A DNA stretch of 64,000 nt from Dictyostelium discoideum (Eukaryota), in NCBI GenBank assembly GCA_000004695.1, contig CM000150.2, forward strand, positions 3,552,001-3,616,000, in the 5' to 3' direction. This document shows, piece after piece, positions 14,701 to 26,121 of the stretch (the first letter of the stretch is position 1; each line of letters begins with the position of its first letter). The notes beneath the pieces are model-generated. The model ran no database searches. It had not been told where the DNA came from and was given only the letters and a program-made list of their open reading frames with translations. Made by a program: the position numbers and the translations under genes.

Positions 14701-15418
14701 AAAGTGAACAAATTAATTTTTTTAAATTCTATTAAAAAATGTAACAGAAGTGGTATACTCTAGAAAGACTAATAATTATTTATATTTTATTTGTATTTAA
14801 TTAATATTTATATTTTATTTATTTATTTAATACTATATTTAATTTTTTTATCTTTAATTTAATTTATTTTAATTTAATTTAATATTTATTTTATTTATTT
14901 TAATAATATATTTATTTTTTTAATTTAATTATAACATATTTTCTTTAAGAGTGATAAGATAATCAAACTCAAATAAATTTTCTTTTTCATTTTATACTAA
15001 ATAAAATGAGTTGACATAATATACTAAAAGAGAATAATTAAAATAATATATCAAATTTGTAAATAATTAATTTATATTAATTATTGAAAACACTAAAAAA
15101 ATAATATATATAGAAACAATTGATTATAATAATAAAATGAATAATACTAAATAATAATTATAGTAAAAAATAACAACTGGTTTAAGTGCAAAAAAAGAAA
15201 ATTCCAAAAGATTAACAAAAACCTTTTTTTTTTTTAATAACATCACTCAATTTGAGTGTGTTCTAGGAGAGTTTATTTGGTTTTTTTTTTTTTTTTTTTT
15301 TTTTTTTTCTTTTTTTCTTGTTATTCTTATTTTTTTTTATTATTATTATTATTATATTATTATTATTATTATTATATTATTATTATTATTATATTATTAT
15401 TATTATTATTATTGTTAT

Positions 15419-15456
<38 letters not shown>

Positions 15457-15461
<5 letters not shown>

Positions 15462-18400
15462 AGTAGTTGGTGTTATATGAGCAGTATGGTATGAAGTGTT
15501 CCGGGATGTTTATGGTCATGAGTTTCGAGTTCCAGTTGTGGCTGAATTTTTCGAGTCTTCTTTTTATTGATGCGGTCCGATTGATTGACTCTCGGTTATC
15601 AGTGCATCTTAGTTCTTGACGTAGTTGTTTTTCTACTATCTTTCTTGTTCTATCCCATTCGGCATCTCTCGCTTTTTTGATTTTATGAATTATTTGGTTC
15701 TCTGTTATTATTGTAGTGTTATCGTTGAATTTTATTTGATTTCTTCTGTACCATATCGATTCCATAATGGCTCCTATCAGATTTGATGAGAATGGTGTGA
15801 GTAGTTTTCCGAGAACTTTTTCGCTCCATGGACCGTGGTAAGTGTTGTTGGAGTCTTTACAGACCTTTTGATAGATTGAGTCGATATTCTGTTTTATTGA
15901 TTTGCATTCGAAGAAGATGTGCATAGACGATTCTTCTTCTTTACATGAGTGGCAATTCTCCCCATGGTGTTTTGGAAGTGCCTTGAGTAGATATCTCCAT
16001 GCTAAGTCTCTTCCTTTGATAGTTGTGATTGATCTGGCTTCTCTGAATGGTAGAATTGGGTGATTAATGTTCTTTTGAATCAGTTTTTGACCTGTTGTTG
16101 GCTGGTGTTTGTTCCATCCCTTGTATTTGATATCCATCATGTTTCTATAGATTACTTTTAATTTTTGTTTGTTTTCGTATTTGGGTTTGACTTGGTTTAG
16201 TTTGAGAGTTATTCGCTCTCTTGGGTGGTGCAACAACTTCCAGGCTTTCCAGCATTTGATGTGAATCCTTGATAGTGAGTTTTCTTTTTCCGACTTCCAG
16301 ACTTCCATATGTGGAGGGCAGTTCTGGTCGTCTTTTTCTCTGAGGTATTGTTCGTATATCCATGCTTTCTGGGCATTGGATCTGGTTGCCATATTCCAGA
16401 GTTCCAGGCCTCCAATTTCATAGTCTCTTCTGCTCCTTTCTTTTGAGATAGCCCACCTGTCCCCTTTGAATAACATGTTGGCATTAACGTTCTCCAGTTT
16501 CTTTATGTCATTTATTTCGTTGATGTATAGTTGGAATGTTAGTTGGGACAGCAGGTATGATTTGAGGATTGTGATTCTACCTTTTAGCGTTGATGACACG
16601 CTCGAATAACATTTTGTGAGGTTTTCCAGTTTGTTCACCGTATCATCTACTTTGCTTATTACACCTTTGCGGTTGAAGAAAAAGCCAAGATATCTTTCTT
16701 CTTCTTTCGCCCCAATTGTCTTATATTTGGTCTTTATCTTTGGGTTTTTAGTGATGCACACACATTTATTATCGTTTATTTTTGCTGCTGTGGCTTGGCA
16801 AAATTTTATAACTTTCATATCCATTTTATCTGCGTCATCTATGTTACTGGCTAGTGTGACTGTGTCGTCTGCATATTGTCCAATCTTCATCGAATTGTTC
16901 TGATTGAGTTTTATGCCTATTATGGTATTGTCTTTTCTTATTGATGTTGATAAGCATTCACATACTATAGCGAAGAGAGTTGGTGAAATTGGGTCGCCCT
17001 GTTTTGTACCTCTTCCTGCTCTGAAGGATTCAGAGAGTTGTCCATTTACCATGACCCTTATGTTGGTGTTCGTTAACATGCTTAGTATTGTGTTTGTTAT
17101 TTTCCGAGGGAACTTTAGATGGTTTAGAGTCCTTATTAACGCTTTATGAGATATTGAATCGAAGGCTTTTTCGAAGTCATAAAAGGTGATTATCGTGTTT
17201 CTATCACTTTTTTCCATTGCTAAATCCAAAGCTATAATGTTGTTGTGGAGTAGCCTTCCTGGTATAAAACCGTTCTGGTACTTTGAGATTATGTTTGGCA
17301 GGATTTTTAGTATTCTATTGTTGATTATTTTTGAGTAGATTTTGTAGTCTACGTTGAGTAACGTTATTGGTCTTCTGTTTGAGATTTCCAAGACATCCCC
17401 TTTACCTTTGTATATTGATGTAAGGATACCGTTCTTGAATTCTGTTGGAATTTCATTGTTTAAAAAGAAGTTGAATAGTTCTGTGAGGATTGGAATTAGT
17501 TTGTGTTGGTGGATTTTATAGAATGAAGATGTTATTCCATCTTCTCCTGGTGATTTACCTTCTGCTATCTTTTCTATTGCTAGCTTAACCTCATATTCTT
17601 CGATTCTGTCTTCCATCTCTGTTAATTTTTTTTTATCTATTGGTGGGTTCCAGGTGCTTAGAAGTTCTGTATGTGTTTCTTGGTCGCATTCTTTCTCTTT
17701 GAAGAGTGTCTCGTAATATTTTCTGAAGCAATCTGTTATTTCTTTTTGTTCTGTTTCGATTTCTCCATTGGATGGGTTCTTTATTCTGTGAATCTGGGAG
17801 CTCGAGTCTCTTTTTTTAAGAATAGATGTAAGGAGATTTGATGCTATTTCTTTATTGTTGATGTAGTTGATTGAGCTTTTGATCATTCTGTCTATTCTTT
17901 CTTCTTCTTGAAGTATTGTTATTTCGTTCGATATTGTTTCTTTTTCATATTTGTTTTTTGTTTTTGTGTGTTCATTTGCTAGATTTGATAGCGTTTTTTT
18001 TCTCTCTAGTATTCTTTTCTTTTCTGTTGTAATGCATTGTTTTTTTATTTTTTTTTTGAACTTAATCCAGTATTCCGTTATGTTAATGTTTTTTCTTTTG
18101 GTTTCCTGGTAGTGGTCGATTATTTTTTCTATCTTTTTTATTGTTTTATCTTCTTTAATTATTATTGAGTTCATTTTCCATAGGGGTGATTTGTATATTT
18201 TTGTGAAATTTGGTATTTTGAAATCCATCACTACTATGTTATGGTCTGATTTGTTTATTTTATCTATTATCTTGTACGAGTGATTGAGTTGGTGCATCTT
18301 TGTTGATAAGAATGTTCTATCGATTAGTTTATCTTTGAAGGTTGTTTTAGTTGTTGAATTTGGTAGTATTTCGGTGAGTCCTACTTCCATCATTAGGAAT

Positions 18401-18888
18401 TCTATTGTTTCATTTTCTGTGAATTTTCTCTTATCGGATGATCCATCTTTGAACTTGATTTTTGCATATTTGTTGATGTTAAAGTCACCAGTAACTATGT
18501 CTGCCTGTTCTAGATCTTCAAGGGAAATATTGTTTGAAAACCATCCTTTTCTTCTGTCATATGAGGCTGGTGCATAGATGCAAATTATGTTGATTTCCAT
18601 ATTGTTTAGAATTGCAGTAAATTTTAAGATTCTGCCTTCTTTTTCTTCCAAGTTTTTAATTTCTATTTGTTCTAGGTGATTTATTGCCATTACTCCTTTT
18701 CCTCTTGCTTCTTTTCCTTTTCCTCCTGTTGAGTAATGGTTTTTGATTTGCGCTAGATTTTGATCCTTTTTTAGATTTGTTTCTGTTAGTATTGATATAT
18801 CAGGTTTTATTAGGTTAATTGTATTTTTTGTCTGATTCATGCTTTTGATTGTTGAGCAACCTTGGCAATTCCAGGTCATTATTTTTAT

Positions 18889-18891
<3 letters not shown>
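15457..18891 (-). CDS. Non-LTR retrotransposon ORF2: APE-type endonuclease, reverse transcriptase, C-terminal CCHC zinc finger
   Basis: 1144 aa. N-terminal MTWNCQG...endonuclease. RT motifs FIPGRLLHNNI, FYDFEKAFDSISH, YADDTV. C-terminal HHGENCHSCKEEESSMHIFFECK zinc knuckle. Confidence 0.9.
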
Positions 18892-18974
<83 letters not shown>

Positions 18975-18980
<6 letters not shown>

Positions 18981-19114
18981 AAATGAGACAGATGGAAGTA
19001 TGTCTTGGAGTACTTTGGGCAATTTGTCTCTTAGTGCTGCTTCCATTAGATCTGATTCTTCCTTTGTTATTTTAGTTGGAGTTTTGTAAGGTGTTGATAT
19101 TTCTTGGTGATTAG
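18975..19114 (-). CDS. TRE5 ORF1 C-terminal fragment (downstream of the Skipper insertion)
   Basis: Continues the ORF1 frame across the 5 bp TSD. Reads ...NHQEISTPYKTPTKITKEESDLMEAALRDKLPKVLQDILPSVSFV* with TAA at 18975-18977 (complement). An A-run and then the ORF2 ATG follow. Confidence 0.6.
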
Positions 19115-19119
19115 TTGTT

Positions 19120-19509
19120 TGTTAGAGACTCAAAACTAAATTAATTTAAAGTTAGTATGAGCTCAACAACGTAACAAATTCGCGCATCTCCATGTAAAAA
19201 TATTTCATTTAATTTTTATTTTTATTTTTTAATTTTTTATTTTTTCAGTCAAAAAATAAAAAATTAAATTAAAAAAAATTAAATTAAATTAAAATTTAAA
19301 AAAATAATAAAAATTCTGATTTTTCGGTTTAGTTGGAATAACGCCCTTACTTTTAATTATCTCTTTTATGTATGTTTACTTTTATGATATTAGTCTTTCA
19401 CTCTTTCTATCCTTCATATTAAAAAACATTACTTTAAAGATTGGACTGTTTGATAAAAGATTGAACAAATGTGACAATGGATTGAAGATTAGTGTGAGTG
19501 ACTTTTACA
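19120..19509 (+). repeat. 5' LTR (390 bp)
   Basis: Identical by eye to 25727..26116. Starts TGTTAGAG, ends TTTTACA. Confidence 0.9.
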
Positions 19510-19811
19510 CTTTTTTTTTTCTAATTTTAACATAAAACAAATACATTAAAACAAATAATTAGATACAATCCTTATATTTCGTATACAATGACACCTCATG
19601 ATGAAGAAGTCGACTCTTCAGATTAGAGGAATAACAGTAGTATTTAAAACAAAATAAAAATGCATTACAATGGCCCTTCTGTTTGCAAGATTAACGCTGT
19701 ACTGCTTAGGCGGTACAACGACACTTCCTACTCACATTGTAAACATGCATCTTTTATAAAGTAATATAAAACAAGATTGTATCAATTAATTTAATAATAA
19801 TGCTCAAATAC

Positions 19812-19980
19812 AAAGACACCACAATATAAATTATTAGTGGAATAACAGTTAAACAAAGACACCACAATATAAATTATTAGTGGAATAACAGTTAAATAAA
19901 GACACCACAATATAAATTATTAGTGGAATAACAGTTAAATAAAGACACCACAATATAAATTATTAGTGGAATAACAGTTA
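19812..19980 (+). repeat. Four tandem 42 bp repeats in the Skipper 5' leader, plus a degenerate fifth copy near 20040
   Basis: Unit CAAAGACACCACAATATAAATTATTAGTGGAATAACAGTTAAA. The GGAATAAC core also occurs in the LTR (TTGGAATAACGCCC). Confidence 0.85.
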
Positions 19981-20235
19981 TATTGATGCATTGTTATAAT
20001 TAAAATAATTTAAGATAATATTTATTATCAATTAAATAATATAAAGACACCACAATAAAAATATATTAGTGGAATAACAGTTAACATATATTAATACTTA
20101 TATTTAATTATTTAATTAAAAATTAAATTAAATTAAATTAAATAAATTAAATTAAATTATATAATTAAATTATGTAAATTAAATAAAAAAATTAAATTAT
20201 AAAATTAAATTATATTTAATAAATTTTATATATAA

Positions 20236-21399
20236 TTGTTGGTGAAAGTCATGTCATCAACTACTACTCATTCAAAGAAAGCCATCCGTAAAGCCAAAGT
20301 GTCTTCCACCGCCAAACGTGCCGCTGAAGTGACAACTGCCTCCGATGATGCTATTACTGTTCAAGTAAAATCAAAAAAGACTCTTCGTCCCACTGAAGTT
20401 GATGATGAAATTTATTCAACTGAAAGCACTGATGTATCCGACGTCGAAGTCAGAGAGAAAGTGCCAAAGAAATCAAAGACCAATTCGATTGAAGCTAAAA
20501 CCATTGACGCTTTAAAAAATGCTGCCACTGCTGTCATCTTCATGAATCTCTTTACCATCCACTGCTCCCAGAATGGTGTTGAACCAACCTTGAAGACCAT
20601 TATGGACAATGGTGCTGCATCAAATGAATTATTTCAATTGCTTCAACCTACCCACAATGAATCAGTTAAGAACAACGATAAAATTGAAGGTGAAACATTA
20701 AAGAAGCTAATCCACCGTAACTTTAGATCCAAGACTTTGGTTCCATTCAAAACTGACTACGAAGCTGCCAACACTAAAGTAGTCGAAGCTATTAACCATC
20801 GTAACTGCTACTCAGCCCAAGATGTTATAAAAAACATCGAAGCCATTATGAGTTACCACAATGTAATTAATCCGGTGTATCTCATCCATGGTACTGCTGA
20901 AGTTCAATTAGAGTATCTAAGATCAATTTTAGATAATAATATCCTTGCTTTGTTAAAGATGGTCGTACCAGACTGGTTACAAACTGATGTTGCAATCAAA
21001 CTCAACACTCAAACCGATATCACCGAGTGTCGTGAAGCCATCACCGAGTTGGTTCTTAACAATGCTGATAAGTTCTCGAGAAGAAGACCTTCCGATTCTG
21101 CATCGAATACTGATGAGAAGTTTCTATTAAAAAAGAATCATGCTACTCCAAATCATAACTCTCATAACAGGAATTCCTTTGATGCTCAAGCTGATAAGAT
21201 TAGAGCTGCAATATTACCCGAAATAAGAAAAGACTCTAAGGTAGACCTCAAAAAGATAAGAAGCAGTTTCATCGTTTACCGTCAAAACAAAGGCTACTGT
21301 CTCAATTGTGGTAAATCAAATCACTCCACATCTACATGTAGAATTGATCCGGTCGATGCCAAAGCCAATCCAGGTCCATCAGCCAAAAAGCAACAATGA
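20236..21399 (+). CDS. Skipper-like Gag (CCHC zinc knuckle CLNCGKSNHSTSTC)
   Basis: 387 aa ORF ending with TGA at 21397-21399. pol follows in the same frame. Confidence 0.85.
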   Translation: MLVKVMSSTTTHSKKAIRKAKVSSTAKRAAEVTTASDDAITVQVKSKKTLRPTEVDDEIYSTESTDVSDVEVREKVPKKSKTNSIEAKTIDALKNAATAVIFMNLFTIHCSQNGVEPTLKTIMDNGAASNELFQLLQPTHNESVKNNDKIEGETLKKLIHRNFRSKTLVPFKTDYEAANTKVVEAINHRNCYSAQDVIKNIEAIMSYHNVINPVYLIHGTAEVQLEYLRSILDNNILALLKMVVPDWLQTDVAIKLNTQTDITECREAITELVLNNADKFSRRRPSDSASNTDEKFLLKKNHATPNHNSHNRNSFDAQADKIRAAILPEIRKDSKVDLKKIRSSFIVYRQNKGYCLNCGKSNHSTSTCRIDPVDAKANPGPSAKKQQ

Positions 21400-24300
21400 C
21401 TCGATGAAGGTGATGAGTCCAAGTCAAAGATTTTAAATAAAAATTATAAAATTTCACAATATCATCACCTTGAGGATAATGATTACCCAGTGAACAAAGA
21501 TTCACTTTATACTCTTAACTCTTTTTATAATCAAAACATTGTTAAACAGTTACATCAACAAAGCCAGCAACATGATGTTCATAAAAACATCAACAAACTT
21601 AAAGAATACGTCAAAGACTCATATGGTATAAAACTAGTTCCTGATACAACCGTTCCAATTCCAAAAGCTGTTGAATCAGAGATGAAGTATAAACCACAGA
21701 AGATTGAATTTAATACTCCAACAGAGTTAACAAATGTTCAAGATAAAAACTATACTGTTAACATATTCAATCGTCCAAAGATATTAAATTCTAGTAAAGA
21801 ATTAATTAATGATGAAGAAGATGAATTGCTTTACACAATTAAATTCGATAAAGAAACAAACAAACCAATCATCTCATTATTACATAGTACTGGTACAAGT
21901 GATACTGCTCTCATTCCGACTCTAAAATGTTTAATCGTTCCAAACAGAGAAAACATGGATAAACCCAAGATTATAATTAACTCTCATTCCAAAGAAAAAC
22001 AATTCAAATTAATTCTCGATACTGGAAGTAATGTTAGTTTAATCAATAAGAGGTTGATTTCAAAAGATATGAAGAACCACGTTCACAAAACGAAAGCCAA
22101 GATTAACTTCCCGCTACTAGACGTCAAAGAAGAGTTTGTTGAACAAATCAATATACAAGTTAACAATGAAATTCATAACTTCTTTATTATAGAATTGGAT
22201 ATCATTGATGTACTTTTCGGTAATGATATCCTTAAGGACTCTATCATTAACCAAAAAGATAAAATAATCAAGTTGAATAACAGTACATACAAAATTAATT
22301 ATCAACAGTCGAATCAATTACATTGTAATGTAAAAGCTCCAAGAAAACATGTTACCGTATCCAATGATAATCAGTCACAGTCACATAATCTACTAGATGA
22401 TGATGAAGATATCAAAGAACAAGTTACAAAGTTTGTTGAAAGCATCCCATCACAACTTTGTGATATACTGGTTAAAACTAATCCAGAAGAAGAAGAGATA
22501 CAAGCAGTACGTGATTTCATTAATGATTCATTCGAAGATGTTATAGTAGATAAACTTCCTGATATTCCAGATCAGATTAACAATTCCAGAAGAGGTAATA
22601 TCATACATAATATCATAATAAAGAAAGATCAAGATGTTGAACCAACAAAGAAACAAATCTATTATTCAACAGATGATCATAAGAGACATGTCGAAGAAAT
22701 GGTTATCAAATTTATAGATTTAGGTATTATCAAAAGATCAGAATCAAATTACTCATCTCCAATCATGTTATTAAAGAAGAGAGATTCATGGTGTGTAGTC
22801 CACGACTATCGTCAACTAAATAAAGTCACTGTTAGAGACGATCATCCATTCACTCCGGTTGATAGTCTTTTAAATCAATGTAAAGATTCAAAGCTTTTCT
22901 CAAAGTTTGACATGATTATGGGTTATTTCCAAGTGTTAATTAATCCAGAACACGCAAAGTACACCGCTTTCATTACACATATTGGTAAATTTGAATATAC
23001 TAGAATGCCACAAGGTTTAGTCAACTCTCCATCCACATTCGCCAGATTGATGGTCGAAATATTTGGAAAAATCAAAAGTTTATTACAATACTTTGATGAT
23101 CTTTTGGTTCATTCAAAACTCGACTACATGGTACATTTCATTGAAATAATTAGAATGCTTCTATATTGTAGAAAGTACCTATTATTCATTTCAAGAGAAA
23201 AGAGTGAAATGTTAAAGACTGAAGTAGATTTCCTTGGTTTCCACATTCATAAAGATGGTATATCTCCAAGAGCTGCAAAGGTTAGAGCTATCTCTGAGTT
23301 ACCTGAACCAAGAAACGCCAAAGAAGCTGAAGCTGCATTAGGTCTTTTTGGATTCTTCAGGAGACACATTGAAAATTACGCTGAAAAAACCTATCACCTT
23401 TCCAAAGAATCAAAAGGAAAAAACAAGAAAACACTTTCTGATGAATCACTCAAAGAATTCAATAATCTAAAGAAAGAGTTTGAAGGTGAAAATATTGTCG
23501 CTATTCCAATTGAACAAGATAACTCCATACCAATAGATATCGAAAAGGTTAAAGCATCAACAGACATGCCAATCCATTCAGATAATAATAATCTAAACAA
23601 TGGTAGTTTTCACTTGTATTGTGATGTTAGTGATAAAGCATTATCAGGTGTATTATATCAAATTCAAGGTAATAAATTCAAAGTCATTTGGTTTCACAGT
23701 AGAAAACTTACTGATACTCAAAAGAGGTACAGCATAGGTGATAGAGAGTTCCTTTCAATCATTGATTCTCTAAAGAAGTTTCAACATTTATTAATTGGTA
23801 AAAAGGTTTCAATCTACACTGATCACCAAAATCTTACATATATTATCAATAAGTCAAACGATAAACCGTTCACAAAGAGACAAGATAATTATATGAAATA
23901 TATTAAAGAATTTGATTATGAATTAAGACATATAAGTGGTAAAAAGAATGGTATAGCTGATTTTTTATCTCGTAAATATGATAATTTCCAATGGGATGAA
24001 TCGTTTTTAAATAAAATTAAGGAAGAACAAATCAATTCTCAATGGCTATTAGAGATGAAAAAGAATCCAAATTTATGCATTGAAGAAATTAATGATATCT
24101 GTTACCTTAGTGAAGATGGGTTCAAGAAATTAATCATCATAGATAAAGAAACTATTCATACCGTCATTAGAGAATATCACGATACCAAATATAGTGGTCA
24201 TCACGCTTTAGATATCACATACAATAATATAAGACAAGATTACTATTTCAAAGAAATGTTTTCTATTATCAAGAGGTACATAAAGTCTTGTGCAACATGT

Positions 24301-25683
24301 CAATTGAACATTAACCGTAAAGATAATGGTATACTCCAAAGTTTAGAAATTCCCTTTGAAGTTTGGAGAGATATATCAATCGATTTCTTATCGCTACCAA
24401 AAACAATGTATGCAATAAACGGATTTACAGTTGAAGTCGATCAAGTTTGTGTCATTGTTTGTAGATTATCTAAAATGGTTCATATAGTTCCATGTCATAA
24501 GACAATAGATGCCCAACATACCGCTCAATTATTGTTGAATCATGTGTTCAGACTCCATGGTTATCCAAGAACAATCGTCTCCGATAGAGATCCAAGATTC
24601 CTTTCAGAAATATGGGAGAGATGGGCAAAGACGATGGATTCTAAACTCAAGATGACTGTGGCACACAGAGCACAAGCTGATGGTCAAACTGAAAGAATGA
24701 ATAGAGAAATTATTAGAATATTAACTAAAGCCTCAACAGAGTATGGGGAGAATTGGTCAGATATCATTCCACTTATTGAATTTGCAATGAACTCATCAAT
24801 GAGCAAGTCTACAAAGATGTCACCATTCCAAATCGTTTATGGATTCAATCCACCAACTCCCGTTAATCATTTCAATTCATTAACAAAGACTCGTATACCA
24901 ATGAGCAACATCAAAAAGATTGTCCGTGATAATATACTAGATGCTCAAATCAATGCTCAAAAGTATTACAACCGAGGTCGTGGTGATGTTATCTTCGTAG
25001 TCGGAGAAAAGGTGATGGTTAAAAGAAAATTCTTCCAAACTAATCTTTCAAAAGATCTAATCTCTCACAAACTTGAATCCAAGAATTGTGGACCATTCAT
25101 AATCACTGCCGTTCATGGTAATAATGTAACACTCGATTTAGTAGGTTATCCAAAGAAACACAATGTGTTCAACAAAGATCAAATCGTAAAACTATACGAG
25201 GACAGTGAGTGGTTAAGAGAAGAGATATCGATGCCGGAACCTGAGGAGATGGACGAAGCAAGTTACGAAGTTGAAAGTATTCTCAATCACGATAAAGTCA
25301 AAAAGATGTACCTAGTGAAGTTCAAAGGTTACCCAGAACCTGAATGGATCAAAGAAGTCGATACAGACTGTGAAGAGTTAGTCAGAGAGTATTGGAATAA
25401 CGTGCAGAAGAAACAATTGAACTCAAGAAGAGAAAGAGAGAATGTAACTACAGAAGCCGTTGAGCCAATTGTGTCACCTCCACTCTCCCAAGAAGTTCAA
25501 AGTTCTCAAACATTGCAACCAATTACTCCAAGACAACAAAACTCCATCTCAAATCAAAGAAACCAATCAAAGAAAAGAAAATCAAGAAATCAAAATACTT
25601 CAAGTGATGATGATGAACTTGATCTTAGTTTACAAATTAAAACAACTAGATCAGGAAGAAAAGTTACACCCAAGAGTTTATAG
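21400..25683 (+). CDS. Skipper-like Pro-Pol: aspartic protease, RT, RNase H, integrase, C-terminal chromodomain
   Basis: Protease LILDTGSNVSL. RT and integrase (HH...CC zinc motif HHALD...CATCQ; DDE core) recognisable. Chromodomain YEVESILNHDKVKKMYLVKFKGYPEPEWIKEVD. In frame with gag, with no stop between 21400 and 21490. Confidence 0.85.
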   Translation, partial: LDEGDESKSKILNKNYKISQYHHLEDNDYPVNKDSLYTLNSFYNQNIVKQLHQQSQQHDVHKNINKLKEYVKDSYGIKLVPDTTVPIPKAVESEMKYKPQKIEFNTPTELTNVQDKNYTVNIFNRPKILNSSKELINDEEDELLYTIKFDKETNKPIISLLHSTGTSDTALIPTLKCLIVPNRENMDKPKIIINSHSKEKQFKLILDTGSNVSLINKRLISKDMKNHVHKTKAKINFPLLDVKEEFVEQINIQVNNEIHNFFIIELDIIDVLFGNDILKDSIINQKDKIIKLNNSTYKINYQQSNQLHCNVKAPRKHVTVSNDNQSQSHNLLDDDEDIKEQVTKFVESIPSQLCDILVKTNPEEEEIQAVRDFINDSFEDVIVDKLPDIPDQINNSRRGNIIHNIIIKKDQDVEPTKKQIYYSTDDHKRHVEEMVIKFIDLGIIKRSESNYSSPIMLLKKRDSWCVVHDYRQLNKVTVRDDHPFTPVDSLLNQCKDSKLFSKFDMIMGYFQVLINPEHAKYTAFITHIGKFEYTRMPQGLVNSPSTFARLMVEIFGKIKSLLQYFDDLLVHSKLDYMVHFIEIIRMLLYCRKYLLFISREKSEMLKTEVDFLGFHIHKDGISPRAAKVRAISELPEPRNAKEAEAALGLFGFFRRHIENYAEKTYHLSKESKGKNKKTLSDESLKEFNNLKKEFEGENIVAIPIEQDNSIPIDIEKVKASTDMPIHSDNNNLNNGSFHLYCDVSDKALSGVLYQIQGNKFKVIWFHSRKLTDTQKRYSIGDREFLSIIDSLKKFQHLLIGKKVSIYTDHQNLTYIINKSNDKPFTKRQDNYMKYIKEFDYELRHISGKKNGIADFLSRKYDNFQWDESFLNKIKEEQINSQWLLEMKKNPNLCIEEINDICYLSEDGFKKLIIIDKETIHTVIREYHDTKYSGHHALDITYNNIRQDYYFKEMFSIIKRYIKSCATCQLNINRKDNGILQSLEIPFEVWRDISIDFLSLPKTMYAINGFTVEVDQVCVIVCRLSKMVHIVPCHKTIDAQHTAQLLLNHVFRLHGYPRTIVSDRDPRFLSEIWERWAKTMDSKLKMTVAHRAQADGQTERMNREIIRILTKASTEYGENWSDIIPLIEFAMNSSMSKSTKMSPFQIVYGFNPPTPVNHFNSLTKTRIPMSNIKKIVRDNILDAQINAQKYYNRGRGDVIFVVGEKVMVKRKFFQTNLSKDLISHKLESKNCGPFIITAVHGNNVTLDLVGYPKKHNVFNKDQIVKLYEDSEWLREEISMPEPEEMDEASYEVESILNHDKVKKMYLVKFKGYPEPEWIKEVDTDCEELVREYWNNVQKKQLNSRRERENVTTEAVEPIVSPPLSQEVQSSQTLQPITPRQQNSISNQRNQSKKRKSRNQNTSSDDDELDLSLQIKTTRSGRKVTPKSL

Positions 25684-25726
25684 TCCACCTCTGAGCCATA
25701 GCTAGCCTAAAGAAGGAAGGGGAAGG

Positions 25727-26116
25727 TGTTAGAGACTCAAAACTAAATTAATTTAAAGTTAGTATGAGCTCAACAACGTAACAAATTCGCGCATCTCCAT
25801 GTAAAAATATTTCATTTAATTTTTATTTTTATTTTTTAATTTTTTATTTTTTCAGTCAAAAAATAAAAAATTAAATTAAAAAAAATTAAATTAAATTAAA
25901 ATTTAAAAAAATAATAAAAATTCTGATTTTTCGGTTTAGTTGGAATAACGCCCTTACTTTTAATTATCTCTTTTATGTATGTTTACTTTTATGATATTAG
26001 TCTTTCACTCTTTCTATCCTTCATATTAAAAAACATTACTTTAAAGATTGGACTGTTTGATAAAAGATTGAACAAATGTGACAATGGATTGAAGATTAGT
26101 GTGAGTGACTTTTACA
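25727..26116 (+). repeat. 3' LTR (390 bp), preceded by PPT
   Basis: Same sequence as the 5' LTR. PPT at 25709-25726. Confidence 0.9.
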
Positions 26117-26121
26117 TTGTT

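Larger units (their letters stand above)
19120..26116 (+). mobile_element. Skipper-like Ty3/gypsy LTR retrotransposon (chromovirus), 6997 bp, nested in TRE5 ORF1
   Basis: 390 bp direct LTRs (TG...CA) at 19120..19509 and 25727..26116. Polypurine tract AAAGAAGGAAGGGGAAGG immediately 5' of the 3' LTR. 5 bp target-site duplication TTGTT (19115-19119 and 26117-26121). gag with CCHC knuckle. pol with PR(DTGS)-RT-RNaseH-IN-chromodomain. Confidence 0.9.

Noticed and set aside
14472-14711. Poly-Ile ORF (-)
   Set aside because: Translation of the (ATT)n microsatellite.
16145-17149. Several 70-95 aa ORFs (16145..16363-, 16209..16484-, 16616..16903+, 16904..17149+) inside TRE5 ORF2
   Set aside because: Alternate-frame or antisense ORFs nested in a strongly supported 1144 aa RT ORF.
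18284-19075. ORFs 18284..18577(+) and 18839..19075(+)
   Set aside because: Antisense to TRE5 ORF2/ORF1, or poly-T derived.
22117-23600. Short - strand ORFs inside Skipper pol
   Set aside because: Antisense to a well-supported pol ORF.
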